Assembly (NCBI GenBank): GCA_038227875.1 | Contig: JBBRPR010000070.1 | Coordinates: 1 to 42,116 of the forward strand | Source of the DNA: Planctomycetota bacterium | GTDB lineage: Bacteria > Planctomycetota > SZUA-567 > H5-PLA8 | Direction: 5' to 3' | DNA: 42,116 nucleotides | Part shown: piece after piece, positions 29,454 through 39,568 of the stretch | How positions within the stretch are numbered: position 1 is the first letter of the stretch | Layout of the letters: every line of letters begins with the position of its first letter | Program-made: the position numbers and the translations under genes | The notes under the pieces: generated by a model | Database searches by the model: none | The model's input: the letters and a program-made list of their open reading frames with translations, nothing else | Told to the model about the DNA's origin: nothing

Positions 29454-31889
29454 GTGCACTGGTCGATTCAGCGCAAACTGACCCTCACCATCGGTGCGGT
29501 TGCGTTGCTGGTGCTCATGGCCGCCTGTCTCTGCTTCTACGCCTACGAATACAACGCCGCACGCCAGCAGCTCGCCAGCCGCGCCGAAACGCTGGCCGCC
29601 GTCATTTCCGGAAACGTCACCGCACCGCTTGCATTCGCCGACGCCAAGTCCGCCTCCGAAGCGCTCGCTTCCCTGAAGGCTGACGAGAGCGTCACGGGCG
29701 CGCGTTTGTTCTCCAAGGACGGCACTGTCCTGGCCGATTACCGCCACCCCGGCAAGACCGCGCACCTCCCCGCCGCGACGGCGCCGGACCGCGAAGTGTT
29801 CGATGGCGAACACTACACCGTCATCCGCAGCATCAAGCTCGATAACGACACCATCGGCAGCCTGTACCTGGAAACCGACAACGAACTGCAGCTCCGCCAG
29901 CTCCGTTCGCTGGTCTGGGTGATCGCCGTGCTGCTCTTCAGCTCCGTCCCGATTTCACTCCTGATGGGCTGGCTGCTGCAGCGCCGCATCTCGCGCCCAT
30001 TGCGCGATCTGGCCGAGATCACGCAGCAGGTCTCGCAGCGCAGCGATTACTCCATCCGCGTCACCGCCGCGTCGCAGGATGAAATCGGCATCCTCTTCCG
30101 CCAGTTCAATCTGATGCTCAAGCAGATCGAAGAACGCGACGCGCAGCTCAAGAAAGCCAACGACGAACTCGAAAAGCGCGTGCTCGACCGCACCCGCGAT
30201 CTGCAGACGGCGGAAGCGTCCGCGCGGCAGAGCGCCGTGGAAGCGCTGCGCGCCCGTGACTTGCTCGCCGGCAAGACGCAGCAACTGGAAGCGCAGGCGC
30301 GCGAGCTATCCAAGGCGCGCGACCTGGCGCTGGCCAGCACTCGCGCGAAAGCCAATTTTCTCGCCAACATGTCCCACGAAATCCGCACCCCGATGAACGG
30401 CATCGTCGGCATGTCCGAACTGCTCTCCTGCACGCAACTCAACGCCAGTCAGAAGGAATACACCGACACCATTCTCAGCAGCGCCAACGCCCTGCTGTCG
30501 ATCATCAACGACATTCTCGACATCTCGAAAATCGAAGCGGGAAAATTCCATATCCAGGAACTCGACTTCGACCTGCAGGACCTGCTCGACAACGCGCTGG
30601 AACTGCTGCGTGTCCAGGCCATCCGCAAGCGCCTGTACCTCACCGCGACCATCCAGGTCGCCGTGCCCACGCTGCTGCGCGGCGACGAAGGACGTCTGCG
30701 ACAGGTCCTGATCAACCTGATCGGCAATGCGCTGAAATTCACCGAACGCGGCGGCGTGCGCGTGGTCGTCACCGTCACCCATGACACGGAGAAGGACGCC
30801 GCCCTCCGCGTCGCCGTGATCGACACCGGCGAAGGCATCAGCGACGAAATTCAGAATCGGCTCTTCCAGCCCTTCACCCAGGCCGACGATTCGACTTCGC
30901 GGCGGCACGGCGGCACGGGTCTGGGCCTGGCCATCTCCAAGCAGCTCATTGAATTGATGGGCGGAGAGATCGGCGTCGTCAGCCGCGCAGGCGACGGTGC
31001 GGCGTTCTGGTTCCGCCTCACGCTCAAAAAACAGCCCGGCGTCCAGCGCCCGCCGCGGCGCCACACCACCCACGCGCACGTCAAGCGCCCCGCGCCCAAG
31101 CCGCTGGACCTGTCCGGTGTGCGCGTGCTGATTGCCGACGACACCGTTGTCAACCAGCGCGTCGCTGCGCTGCTGCTGATGCGCACCGGCGTCCAGACCA
31201 GCGTCGTCAACACCGGTCGAAAAGCCGTGGACGCCTGGGCGCTGAACGGTCACGATCTGATTCTGATGGATTGCCAGATGCCTGACATGGATGGCTACGA
31301 AGCCACCCGCGAGATCCGCAACCGGGAAAAGAACGGCGCGCACATCCCCATCATTGCCATGACCGCTCGTGCAATGCTGGGTGATCGGGAGAAGTGTTTG
31401 GAGGCAGGCATGGACGATTTTATCGCCAAACCCATTCAAGCGGAAGAACTGCGAAGCAAGGTCGAAGCCTGGGCTGCCAAAGCCGTCGCGCTGCGCGAAC
31501 AATCCCGGGACCCGGTGCTGGACCTCTCGCGTTTCGGACAACTGGTCGACATCGAAACCAAATCAAAAGCGCCCGGCATGACGCGCGAGATCGTCACGGC
31601 CTATCGCGCCGGCGCCCGCGACGTGGTGACGCAGCTGTCCGCCGCGCAATTGTGCAGCGACACCGAAAAGATCCGCGGCCTGGCCCACAAGGTTGGCGGC
31701 AGCGCCAGCAATCTCGGCGGCGCCCACGTCAGCCGCCACGCCCTCTCCGTTGAACGCGCCGCCGAAGCCAAAAATCTGGAGGCCCTCCCTCCCCTGATCG
31801 AAGCCCTGGTCTTCTCCATTCAGGACCTCGACGAAGCGCTGGTGGAAAAGCTGGCGAGTATGGAAGGGGAGAGAATCGCGAAAGGGTGA
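29454..31889 (+). CDS. Hybrid sensor histidine kinase (periplasmic CHASE8-like, HAMP, HisKA, HATPase, REC, Hpt)
   Basis: FLANMSHEIRTPMNG, NLIGNALKFT, GGTGLGL, LMDCQMP, AHKVGGSA. Confidence 0.95.
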   Translation: MHWSIQRKLTLTIGAVALLVLMAACLCFYAYEYNAARQQLASRAETLAAVISGNVTAPLAFADAKSASEALASLKADESVTGARLFSKDGTVLADYRHPGKTAHLPAATAPDREVFDGEHYTVIRSIKLDNDTIGSLYLETDNELQLRQLRSLVWVIAVLLFSSVPISLLMGWLLQRRISRPLRDLAEITQQVSQRSDYSIRVTAASQDEIGILFRQFNLMLKQIEERDAQLKKANDELEKRVLDRTRDLQTAEASARQSAVEALRARDLLAGKTQQLEAQARELSKARDLALASTRAKANFLANMSHEIRTPMNGIVGMSELLSCTQLNASQKEYTDTILSSANALLSIINDILDISKIEAGKFHIQELDFDLQDLLDNALELLRVQAIRKRLYLTATIQVAVPTLLRGDEGRLRQVLINLIGNALKFTERGGVRVVVTVTHDTEKDAALRVAVIDTGEGISDEIQNRLFQPFTQADDSTSRRHGGTGLGLAISKQLIELMGGEIGVVSRAGDGAAFWFRLTLKKQPGVQRPPRRHTTHAHVKRPAPKPLDLSGVRVLIADDTVVNQRVAALLLMRTGVQTSVVNTGRKAVDAWALNGHDLILMDCQMPDMDGYEATREIRNREKNGAHIPIIAMTARAMLGDREKCLEAGMDDFIAKPIQAEELRSKVEAWAAKAVALREQSRDPVLDLSRFGQLVDIETKSKAPGMTREIVTAYRAGARDVVTQLSAAQLCSDTEKIRGLAHKVGGSASNLGGAHVSRHALSVERAAEAKNLEALPPLIEALVFSIQDLDEALVEKLASMEGERIAKG

Positions 31890-31907
31890 TGCTGTCGCGG
31901 CCGCATC

Positions 31908-32993
31908 CTACTGCGCGTCGTCGTCCTCATCTTCAGCACGGAACTTCAATTGGCTCGCGAGACAGGCGCTGGAATCCACGTCGCTGCGCACGCCTAGAAA
32001 CGTCGGCTGAAACAAGCTGCCGCCTCGGTACGCGTAGAGATAACGCACCTCTACGATTTCGCCTGCCGCGGGAATCGTGGCGTTGGGCGGGATCGTAACG
32101 TTGCCGATGCCCGTGCGCCCCTTCCCGTCCAGCACCTCCATGGCGACACTGCGCTTGCCCGTGTTGACCTTGTTCACCAGCACCGACGCCGTGGCGTAGA
32201 ATTTGTACTTTAATTGCGTGCCGCCAGTGCTGGGCCTGCCGGCCTTGTATGGAGCGTCATGCAACTTCAGCACGACGCCCTCTCGCTGTTCATCCATCAG
32301 GGTCTTGCAGAGCGCCCGCTTCTCCGCCACGCTGCGCGCCGTCTGGACCGGCGCGATCGCGCCGCCCGCACCGAGCAAGGATTGCAACCGATCCAGTCGC
32401 GAACCGTATCCGCTTTCACGCAAATCGCTGCCGGCGCTGAAGAGCAGATCGAACGCATGCAACCGCTCACCGATGCACTCCCCGTCCATCACAAAGTCGC
32501 CATGCGCCGCACCGAGTTTACGCGCATACGCCTCCACCGGCCCGGGCAGCCCAATCGAAAGTCCCTTTCGGTTCACGCCCGTGATCGAGCCGCCTTCGTG
32601 CCGCACCAGGACTCGTTTGCCGTCCTTCTTCTCCTGCGCCCAATACGCGCCGTCCCGGATCAGCCGTTCCAGTTCGTCGTCGTCGACGGGGTTGAGCAAC
32701 TGACAATGAAGTCCGGTGGCGCGCTGCTCTTTATCCGTATGGACATACGGAGTGCCCTCTTCGCCGGGCGTGTAGCCCTTCGCCTTCTTCTCGTTCACCA
32801 GCTTGTCATAAATCTTCTTCGCCGCCGCAAGCGCCACGGGAGCCGCCGTCTTCACCCCCGTGGTAAGCGTGCTCCCCCGCCGCCCAAACGCGAACGAAAC
32901 AATAAAGCCCCCATCCCGCTCCTCAATCGCCGCCTGATACACCTTGTCACTGGACCCATCGCGGTAGTACAAGGTCGTGTTTTCGATGGCCAT
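31908..32993 (-). CDS. WGR-domain-fused ATP-dependent DNA ligase-like protein
   Basis: N-terminal SDKVY...FGRRG...KKAKGY (WGR); ligase motifs QEKKDGKR, DGE, AFDLL, EGVVLK, KYK; OB fold ending P.FLGVRSD. Confidence 0.85.
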   Translation of the reverse strand: MAIENTTLYYRDGSSDKVYQAAIEERDGGFIVSFAFGRRGSTLTTGVKTAAPVALAAAKKIYDKLVNEKKAKGYTPGEEGTPYVHTDKEQRATGLHCQLLNPVDDDELERLIRDGAYWAQEKKDGKRVLVRHEGGSITGVNRKGLSIGLPGPVEAYARKLGAAHGDFVMDGECIGERLHAFDLLFSAGSDLRESGYGSRLDRLQSLLGAGGAIAPVQTARSVAEKRALCKTLMDEQREGVVLKLHDAPYKAGRPSTGGTQLKYKFYATASVLVNKVNTGKRSVAMEVLDGKGRTGIGNVTIPPNATIPAAGEIVEVRYLYAYRGGSLFQPTFLGVRSDVDSSACLASQLKFRAEDEDDDAQ

Positions 32994-33117
32994 CGATAGT
33001 TCTCCTCAGCGTTGACGCAAGTCGCTGCTCGCCAAAGCGTGCTAACCACCTAAAGTACGTAATATCAGACGAAGAGATTACAACGATGAGCGCAAAGCTC
33101 TATACTTGACCTGCAAT

Positions 33118-33146
33118 AAAAACCTCCGCTTCCCGCGGAGGTTTTT
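33118..33146. terminator. Intrinsic (bidirectional) terminator downstream of mreB
   Basis: AAAAACCTCCGC-TTCCC-GCGGAGGTTTTT. Confidence 0.85.
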
Positions 33147-33174
33147 GGGTCCGTTTTCGAAAGCATTACTTCCA

Positions 33175-34233
33175 TCAGGCAACGGCCATTTCGCGGCCGT
33201 CTTCCAGCACGGGCCAGAGGGAGTCGATCTGGTCGAGGACCACGCCGGTGCCGCGGGCTACGGCGGTCAGCGGGTCGTCGGCGCGGCGGACGGGGAGGCC
33301 GGTTTCGCGGGCGAGCATGCGGTCGAGGCCGCGCAGCAGCGCGCCTCCGCCGGCCAGCGTGATTCCGGATTCGATCAGGTCGGCGGCCAGTTCCGGCGGC
33401 GTGCGTTCCAGCGTCTGCTTGATGCTCTTGACGATCAGGTCCAGCGGATCGTGCAGCGCTTCACGGATTTCTTCGCTGCGGACGATGATCGTGCGCGGCA
33501 GGCCTGCCAGCGTGTCGCGGCCGCGGACTTCCATCGTGTATTCTTCTTCCAGCGGGTAGGCGCTGCCGATTTCGATCTTCACCCGCTCGGCGCTCTGTTC
33601 ACCGATCTGCAGATTGTAGACTTCCTTCATGTGCTTGATGATCGCTTCGTTCATCTCGTCGCCGGCGATGCGCAGCGAGGAACTCTGGACAATGTCGGAG
33701 AGCGAAATCACGGCAACTTCCGCGGTGCCGCCGCCGATGTCGACGATCATCGAACCGCGCGGTTCGGTCACGGGAAGTCCGGCGCCGATCGCGGCGGCCA
33801 TCGGTTCCTTGATCAGGCGCACTTCGCGAGCGCCCGCGCGTTCGGCGGAATTGATCACCGCGCGCTTTTCAACGGTGGTGATGCCGGAGGGCACGGCGAC
33901 GATCACGCGGGGGCGGATGAAGCGGCTGCGGCCGTGAGCTTTGCGGATGAAATAGCTGAGCAGGGCTTCGGTGATTTCAAAATCGGCGATGACGCCATTT
34001 TTCATCGGACGAATGGCTTCGATTGATCCGGGTGTGCGGCCGAGCATCTGCTTGGCCTTTTCGCCGACTGCTTCGCCATCCATCAGAACTTTGTTGGTGC
34101 CTTTTTTCACGGCGACGACGGACGGCTCGGAAAGAATAATGCCTTCACCGCGCGCGCAGACCAGCGTGTTGGCCGTCCCCAGATCGATGCCCAGATCCTT
34201 GGAGATCATGCTGTTGAAATAGTCAAAAATCAT
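33175..34233 (-). CDS. mreB: Rod shape-determining protein MreB
   Basis: [41 protein letters not shown] precedes ATG 34233. Confidence 0.97.
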   Translation of the reverse strand: MIFDYFNSMISKDLGIDLGTANTLVCARGEGIILSEPSVVAVKKGTNKVLMDGEAVGEKAKQMLGRTPGSIEAIRPMKNGVIADFEITEALLSYFIRKAHGRSRFIRPRVIVAVPSGITTVEKRAVINSAERAGAREVRLIKEPMAAAIGAGLPVTEPRGSMIVDIGGGTAEVAVISLSDIVQSSSLRIAGDEMNEAIIKHMKEVYNLQIGEQSAERVKIEIGSAYPLEEEYTMEVRGRDTLAGLPRTIIVRSEEIREALHDPLDLIVKSIKQTLERTPPELAADLIESGITLAGGGALLRGLDRMLARETGLPVRRADDPLTAVARGTGVVLDQIDSLWPVLEDGREMAVA

Positions 34234-34366
34234 GCTGCCTCCCGGCGCGCGAATCACTGCGTTATTCTGTTGTAAGTCCGTTCCATCGAGGAACCTGCGC
34301 ATTCCGTATCGGCAGGCCTACGCACGTAATGCACAAAAAAAGAAAGAAATGTCCGATAAAGTGTGG

Positions 34367-34632
34367 GCGCGCTAAAGCGCGAGGGGTTAGGGGTCAGGGG
34401 CCAGGGGTCAGAATAGAGCGTTCGCACGGGGAAGTCGGGGGTGGTCTTTGCCTTCGGGGTGAGAGTACAGTTCGTCAATCACGAACCTTGATCGTGGCAG
34501 TGCGGGAGTGCCGACTGCTACTGCCTTCTGCCTTCTCGCCACCACCGCGCAGAACACCATCAGCTTCCTCCGTGTCCACGCCCAACTCTGACCCCTGACC
34601 CCTGACCCCTGACCCCTCGCGCGTTAGCGCGC
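34367..34632. repeat. Element with 46-bp terminal inverted repeats built from GGGGTCA heptamers
   Basis: 34367-34412 and 34587-34632 are reverse complements with 3 mismatches; the core is 174 bp. Confidence 0.85.
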
Positions 34633-34638
34633 TACGGC

Positions 34639-34667
34639 TTGCGCGGTCCGCACTGCCCATTTATAGT
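34639..34667 (+). promoter_or_regulatory. Sigma70-type promoter for the trpG/pabA-tilS unit
   Basis: TTGCGC-N17-TATAGT, with AGGAG RBS at 34681. Confidence 0.5.
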
Positions 34668-34698
34668 CATCGCAACACTCAGGAGAGCTTCCCGGTCC

Positions 34699-35268
34699 GT
34701 GATTCTGGTCATCGATAACTACGATTCGTTTACGTACAACCTCGTCCAGGCGCTCGGCACGCTCGGGGCCGTGATGAAGGTCGTGCGCAACGACATGATC
34801 ACCGTCGCGGAGATCGAGAAGCTCAAGCCCGAGAAGATCATCATCTCCCCCGGCCCGTGCACGCCCAACGAAGCGGGCGTCTCGGTGGCGACGATCAAGG
34901 CCTTCGCGGGCAAGGTGCCGCTGCTGGGCGTGTGCCTCGGTCACCAATCGATCGGCGCTGCGTTCGGCGCGACGGTCAACCGAGCCGACCGGCTGATGCA
35001 CGGCAAGACCTCGCTGGTCACTCACGACGGCAAGGGCGTCTACGCGGGGATGGGTAATCCATTTCAGGCTACGCGCTACCATTCGCTGATCGTCCGTGAA
35101 GAGACCTTGCCGCCGTTCTTGAAAGTAGTCTCGCGCACGCAGGACCAGGGTGAAGTGATGGGCATCCGCCACACCGAATGGCCGCTGGAAGGCGTCCAGT
35201 TCCACCCAGAAAGTTTCCTGACCTACGAAGGTCCGACGCTGCTCAAGAATTTTCTGACGCGCTTTTAA
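34699..35268 (+). CDS. trpG: Anthranilate/aminodeoxychorismate synthase component II (TrpG/PabA)
   Basis: [37 protein letters not shown]. Confidence 0.93.
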   Translation: MILVIDNYDSFTYNLVQALGTLGAVMKVVRNDMITVAEIEKLKPEKIIISPGPCTPNEAGVSVATIKAFAGKVPLLGVCLGHQSIGAAFGATVNRADRLMHGKTSLVTHDGKGVYAGMGNPFQATRYHSLIVREETLPPFLKVVSRTQDQGEVMGIRHTEWPLEGVQFHPESFLTYEGPTLLKNFLTRF

Positions 35269-35283
35269 GAAGAAAGCCTCGCG

Positions 35284-36384
35284 ATGCGACTTCCCCTCCG
35301 CGTCGCTCACGCCATCCGCTCGCGCCAGTTGATCGCGCCGGGCGCGCATGTTCTCGTCGCGCTCTCCGGTGGTCCGGATTCCGTCGCGCTGCTGCGTTGC
35401 CTCGTGGAACTCTCCGCCAAGCGCGATCTGGCGTTCCGCCTTTCTGCCGCGCATCTGCATCATGGCATCCGCGGGAAGGACGCTGATGCTGACGAAGCTT
35501 TCTGTGTGAAACTCTGCGCGACGCTGAAACTCCCGCTACTCACCGCGCGCGCTGACACGCCCAGCCTGGCGCGAGAACTGAAGCGTTCGCTGGAAGAAAC
35601 CGCGCGCATTCTTCGTCATTCCTTTCTGGCCGACGCCGCGGAGCAACTCGGCTGCGACACCGTTGCTGTCGGGCACCACGCTGACGACCGCATCGAGACG
35701 GTCCTCTTCCGCCTCTGCCGCGGCACTGGTCTTGCCGGTCTTCAAGGCATCGGCTGGACCGGACCGGTGCGCTTGATCGGCGAGCCTGACGTCGCGGCAC
35801 GGATTGTTTGGTCGAGCTCGCATCACCTCAGTACTCAGGCCTCCGTCCTCAGTCCTTCCGTTTCGGTCGTCCGGCCGCTGCTGGAATGCAGCCGCGCCGA
35901 AGTCCTCGCCTATCTGAAGAGCAAGCGGCAGCGCTTCCGCACGGACGAGACGAACTTCGACACGGGAATTCCGCGCAACGCGTTGCGGAAGATCGTGCTC
36001 CCTGCGCTGGAAGAGAAGGTTCATGCCGGCGCGCGCGCCGCCTTGTGGCGTCTGGCGGAGGAAGCGGAAACGCAGGCCGCGCAGCAGACGTGGCGGCGCG
36101 CGTGGCTACAGGCGTTCGCGGCGTGTACGGAAAGCGGTGAGCTGACCTTGCCGGCACCGGACGAGCTGGAATTACCGGGCGTGGCGGAACTTTCCGATGC
36201 GTTGGAGGTCCTCCGACTTGCGTGGAAATTGGAAGGCGCAAACTTCACGGTCCGCCACGCGCAGGCCCTGCAGAAACTTTTCCAGGCGCGCAGCGGACCG
36301 AAAGTGTTGCACTTCCCGGCTCAGATCGTGGCCGAACGGCGCGGGAAGTGGGTGACTTTACGCCGGCAGAATTCCAATCTTTGA
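35284..36384 (+). CDS. tilS: tRNA(Ile)-lysidine synthase
   Basis: PP-loop SGGPDS, HLHHGIRG, EETAR, HHADDRIET, RGTG, RPLL, RN.LR. Confidence 0.95.
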   Translation: MRLPLRVAHAIRSRQLIAPGAHVLVALSGGPDSVALLRCLVELSAKRDLAFRLSAAHLHHGIRGKDADADEAFCVKLCATLKLPLLTARADTPSLARELKRSLEETARILRHSFLADAAEQLGCDTVAVGHHADDRIETVLFRLCRGTGLAGLQGIGWTGPVRLIGEPDVAARIVWSSSHHLSTQASVLSPSVSVVRPLLECSRAEVLAYLKSKRQRFRTDETNFDTGIPRNALRKIVLPALEEKVHAGARAALWRLAEEAETQAAQQTWRRAWLQAFAACTESGELTLPAPDELELPGVAELSDALEVLRLAWKLEGANFTVRHAQALQKLFQARSGPKVLHFPAQIVAERRGKWVTLRRQNSNL

Positions 36385-36660
36385 CTCTGCCGGGCCGAAC
36401 CTTGTCGTGAGCCTGATAGCTCAGTCTGGCCTGATAGCCAAGGTTCGTTTAGCGTCTTATCGGCTTGAGAACCGCTTCAACATGGATGTCGTATATCAAC
36501 CGCGGGACCACTGGTGGTGCATAGTGGAAGCTGTGCAAGCGTAACGAGTTCGAATGCACATCTCACCCCGATGCGTGTTGGGCGAATAGACACGTGTTCG
36601 TTTGCAGAACAGTCCCCGAACGGCGCGTGACGGTTAAACGCGCAGCGGGTTAGGAGAAGT

Positions 36661-37536
36661 GTGGCAAACGCCTGGCTCCCCACTGCTCATAAGATGCGCC
36701 TGCTCGGCGTGATGCTCGTTGGCGTTGGGATCTTCTTTCTACATTTGTTCACCTCCGAACCGACGGGTGGCATCCCCGGCTTTCCGCACGCGTGGCGCGG
36801 CGCGCCGTTGATTCTTGGCGCGTGCTTCTTTGGCATCAATGGGTTCTACCTCCTCTTTCAGCGGAAGTTCTCGTTGGCGGCGCTGCTGGTTGCCGGGATT
36901 GCGTCAAGCGCGGTGGCGTCGGCGGCTCAGGCTTATGTGCGGAGCATCCGGGACGTGGTGCCCATGGATTCGTACGTTTATTTGCCGGAAAAGGAGCGAC
37001 CTGACTTTATCGCACGCGCCAAGGAACTCGTCACTCCTGATACGCTCCGACGATTTGCCGACGAACAGTATGAAAAAGGCTGGAGTACTGGCGTTGATTT
37101 CGAATCGGTATACGTGACCTACGGCAAGGCACCTCAAAACAAAGATCAGATCGCAGTAACCACCAATCTTGAAGTATGTCCCTTCATCTATCCACTCGCC
37201 CGCGACTCGCGAGTGAGTGTACAGAATTATTCGAATTTTCTACATCTGTGGATTGTCGCCAAACTCACAAACGTGAAGCCGGATGCGACCCATGCTGTTT
37301 CAACTTTTGATTGGGGTTCATCTCGGAATTCCGCGGAATTGGAACTTGTAGAGCTTGTTGATTCCTTGGTGAATTCCAGCCGAGTGCTCATCGGTTCTGC
37401 GAACTATAAAATATCAGTTCGAAAAGCCCGGCATAACACGCTGGCGTGGCTGCGCGACCGTGAGCCAAACACAGAAATAAAGCAGTTCCTGTCAGAGGCA
37501 TTGACAGAATTCGATAAACTGCCAGACCCACCTTGA
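36661..37536 (+). CDS. Hypothetical membrane protein
   Basis: Three N-terminal hydrophobic segments and a lower-GC soluble C-terminus; no family recognised. Confidence 0.6.
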   Translation: MANAWLPTAHKMRLLGVMLVGVGIFFLHLFTSEPTGGIPGFPHAWRGAPLILGACFFGINGFYLLFQRKFSLAALLVAGIASSAVASAAQAYVRSIRDVVPMDSYVYLPEKERPDFIARAKELVTPDTLRRFADEQYEKGWSTGVDFESVYVTYGKAPQNKDQIAVTTNLEVCPFIYPLARDSRVSVQNYSNFLHLWIVAKLTNVKPDATHAVSTFDWGSSRNSAELELVELVDSLVNSSRVLIGSANYKISVRKARHNTLAWLRDREPNTEIKQFLSEALTEFDKLPDPP

Positions 37537-37561
37537 TACCGGCTCTTTGCTTCGCTTACTG

Positions 37562-37643
37562 GCGGGCGGGACGCCCGCGATACGGACGCACGCGTTCGGG
37601 CGCGCGTGCGTTTTTGAATTTTGAATTTTTACTTTTGAATTGC
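37562..37643. repeat. REP-like hairpin, terminator hairpin and TTTTGAA-heptamer arm
   Basis: GCGGGC-GGGAC-GCCCGC; ACGCACGCG..CGCGTGCGT followed by TTTT; 37602-37643 matches the 16584-16618 arm with one extra heptamer. Confidence 0.75.
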
Positions 37644-37653
37644 CTCGCACGGC

Positions 37654-39342
37654 TCACGTCGCGTGCGTGGATTCTTCCAAGAAGCCTTCGAGCTTGCGGC
37701 TGCGGACGGGGTGCTGGAGCTTGCGCAGCGCCTTGGCTTCGATCTGGCGGACGCGTTCGCGGGTCACCTTGAACTTGCGGCCCACTTCTTCCAGCGTGTA
37801 CGTGTATCCATCGCCCAGGCCGTAACGCAGCTTGATGATTTCCCGTTCGCGGAAGGTCAGCGTATCGAGCACCTGCTCGATCTTGTCCTTCAGCATTTCG
37901 TAGCTGGCCACGCTCACCGGCGATTCGACCGACTTGTCTTCGATGAAGTCGCCGAAGTAGCTGTCGTCGGAGTCGCCGATCGGGCGGTCCAGCGAGATCG
38001 GATGCTTGCTGATCTTGAGGATGCGGCGCGTTTCGGAGATCGACAATCCCGCTTCGTCGGCCAGTTCCTCCACGATCGGTTCGCGGTGGAGCTGCTGAAC
38101 GAGCTGCTTGCTGATCTTGCGCAGCTTGCTCATTGTTTCGATCATGTGCACGGGAATACGGATCGTGCGGGCCTGGTCGGCGATCGCGCGCGTGATCGCC
38201 TGGCGAATCCACCACGTCGCGTACGTCGAGAACTTGTAGCCGCGCTGGTATTCGTACTTTTCCACCGCCTTCATCAGGCCGGTGTTGCCTTCCTGGATCA
38301 GGTCGAGGAATTGCAGGCCGCGGTGGCGGTACTTCTTGGCGATCGAGACGACCAGACGCAAGTTGCCGGCGCTGAGCTGCTTCTTGGCGGCTTCGAACGC
38401 GGCGTAGCGGCGGTCCATCAGCGTGACGCGCAGCAGCAGTTCTTCCGGCGATTCCTTGACCGTTTCGACGATGCGGTCGACACGGCGGCGGAGGCGCTCC
38501 AGCTTGTCGGCCTTGTCCGGATTCTTCTCGACGTTCTTGATTTCACCGAGGTAGCTCTGGAGCTGGCGGTTGTAATCGCGCAGCCGGTCCATCAAGGGCA
38601 GGAGCTTCTTGGTGCGCAGACCCAGCTCTTCCAACAGCTTGGCGCCGTTGAGGCGGCGCTCCTTCAGGATCGTGGTGATCAGCAGCGCACGGGGGGCAGG
38701 AAGGTTCGGGTCCTTCAGCTGCGCCAGGTCTTCGGCGTTGCGGGCCAGGATGGCCTTCAGCGTCGTGAGATGGCCTTCCTTGCGTTCGAAGATGTCGTCG
38801 CGTTCGACGCCCGAGGAACCGGACGTCTGGACGGTGCGGTCGAAGGCCAGGTCGGCGCGGTTGAGAGCTTCGAAGATCTCGATCGCCTTCTCGATGACGT
38901 GATCGTTGGTCAGAACCTTGCGGCGGAAGCCGTTGTTCATCAATTCGATGGTCTTGGCGAGCTTGATTTCCTGGTCGCGCGTCAGCAGCGGGATGGAACC
39001 CATCTGGCTGAGGTACATGCGGACGGGATCGTGGAGTTCGCGGCCTTCGGCTTCTTCATCGACGATCGGTTCATCGTCGTTCATGATCGCGGGACTTTCG
39101 TCGCCGGCGGCTTCGCGGGTCGCTTCCTTGTTCTTGATCTCCATCTCTTCGCCGAGTTCGATGCCCTGCTCTTCGATCTTGGTCAAAATGAAGTCAATGA
39201 CTTCCGGAGTCTGGACGTCCGAAGGCAGTTGCTGATCGAGGTCTTCATAGCTGAGCAGACCCGTCTCACGATAGCGCTCGACAATCTTCTCGATTTCTTC
39301 TTCTTGTTTGGGCGTTAAAACGCTCGTATTCGCCTGAACCAA
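37654..39342 (-). CDS. rpoD: RNA polymerase primary sigma factor
   Basis: [51 protein letters not shown] precedes TTG 39342; lies downstream of dnaG. Confidence 0.97.
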   Translation of the reverse strand: MVQANTSVLTPKQEEEIEKIVERYRETGLLSYEDLDQQLPSDVQTPEVIDFILTKIEEQGIELGEEMEIKNKEATREAAGDESPAIMNDDEPIVDEEAEGRELHDPVRMYLSQMGSIPLLTRDQEIKLAKTIELMNNGFRRKVLTNDHVIEKAIEIFEALNRADLAFDRTVQTSGSSGVERDDIFERKEGHLTTLKAILARNAEDLAQLKDPNLPAPRALLITTILKERRLNGAKLLEELGLRTKKLLPLMDRLRDYNRQLQSYLGEIKNVEKNPDKADKLERLRRRVDRIVETVKESPEELLLRVTLMDRRYAAFEAAKKQLSAGNLRLVVSIAKKYRHRGLQFLDLIQEGNTGLMKAVEKYEYQRGYKFSTYATWWIRQAITRAIADQARTIRIPVHMIETMSKLRKISKQLVQQLHREPIVEELADEAGLSISETRRILKISKHPISLDRPIGDSDDSYFGDFIEDKSVESPVSVASYEMLKDKIEQVLDTLTFREREIIKLRYGLGDGYTYTLEEVGRKFKVTRERVRQIEAKALRKLQHPVRSRKLEGFLEESTHAT

Positions 39343-39568
39343 TGTACGTCCTCCCCAATTTCTCTGACCCGACACGAAGCAGAGCAATATACCCCGACGC
39401 GGGTCGACTTCTAAGACATTTAGAAGCTATTTAGTCAAAATTGCACTCGTGCAAACAGTGTCCTTTTTGACACATTTTGGCACACTTTAAGTGCCTCGTT
39501 TCAACACAGTATCGTGCCCGTCGACCGCTGGCTTGACTGCAAACCGGCGCCCGGGCCCTTACGGCACA

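Noticed and set aside
37663..39318. 551-aa plus-strand ORF, and similar long antisense ORFs over mreB, the TBDR, the kinase and the permease
   Set aside because: Shadows of clearly identifiable genes on the opposite strand.
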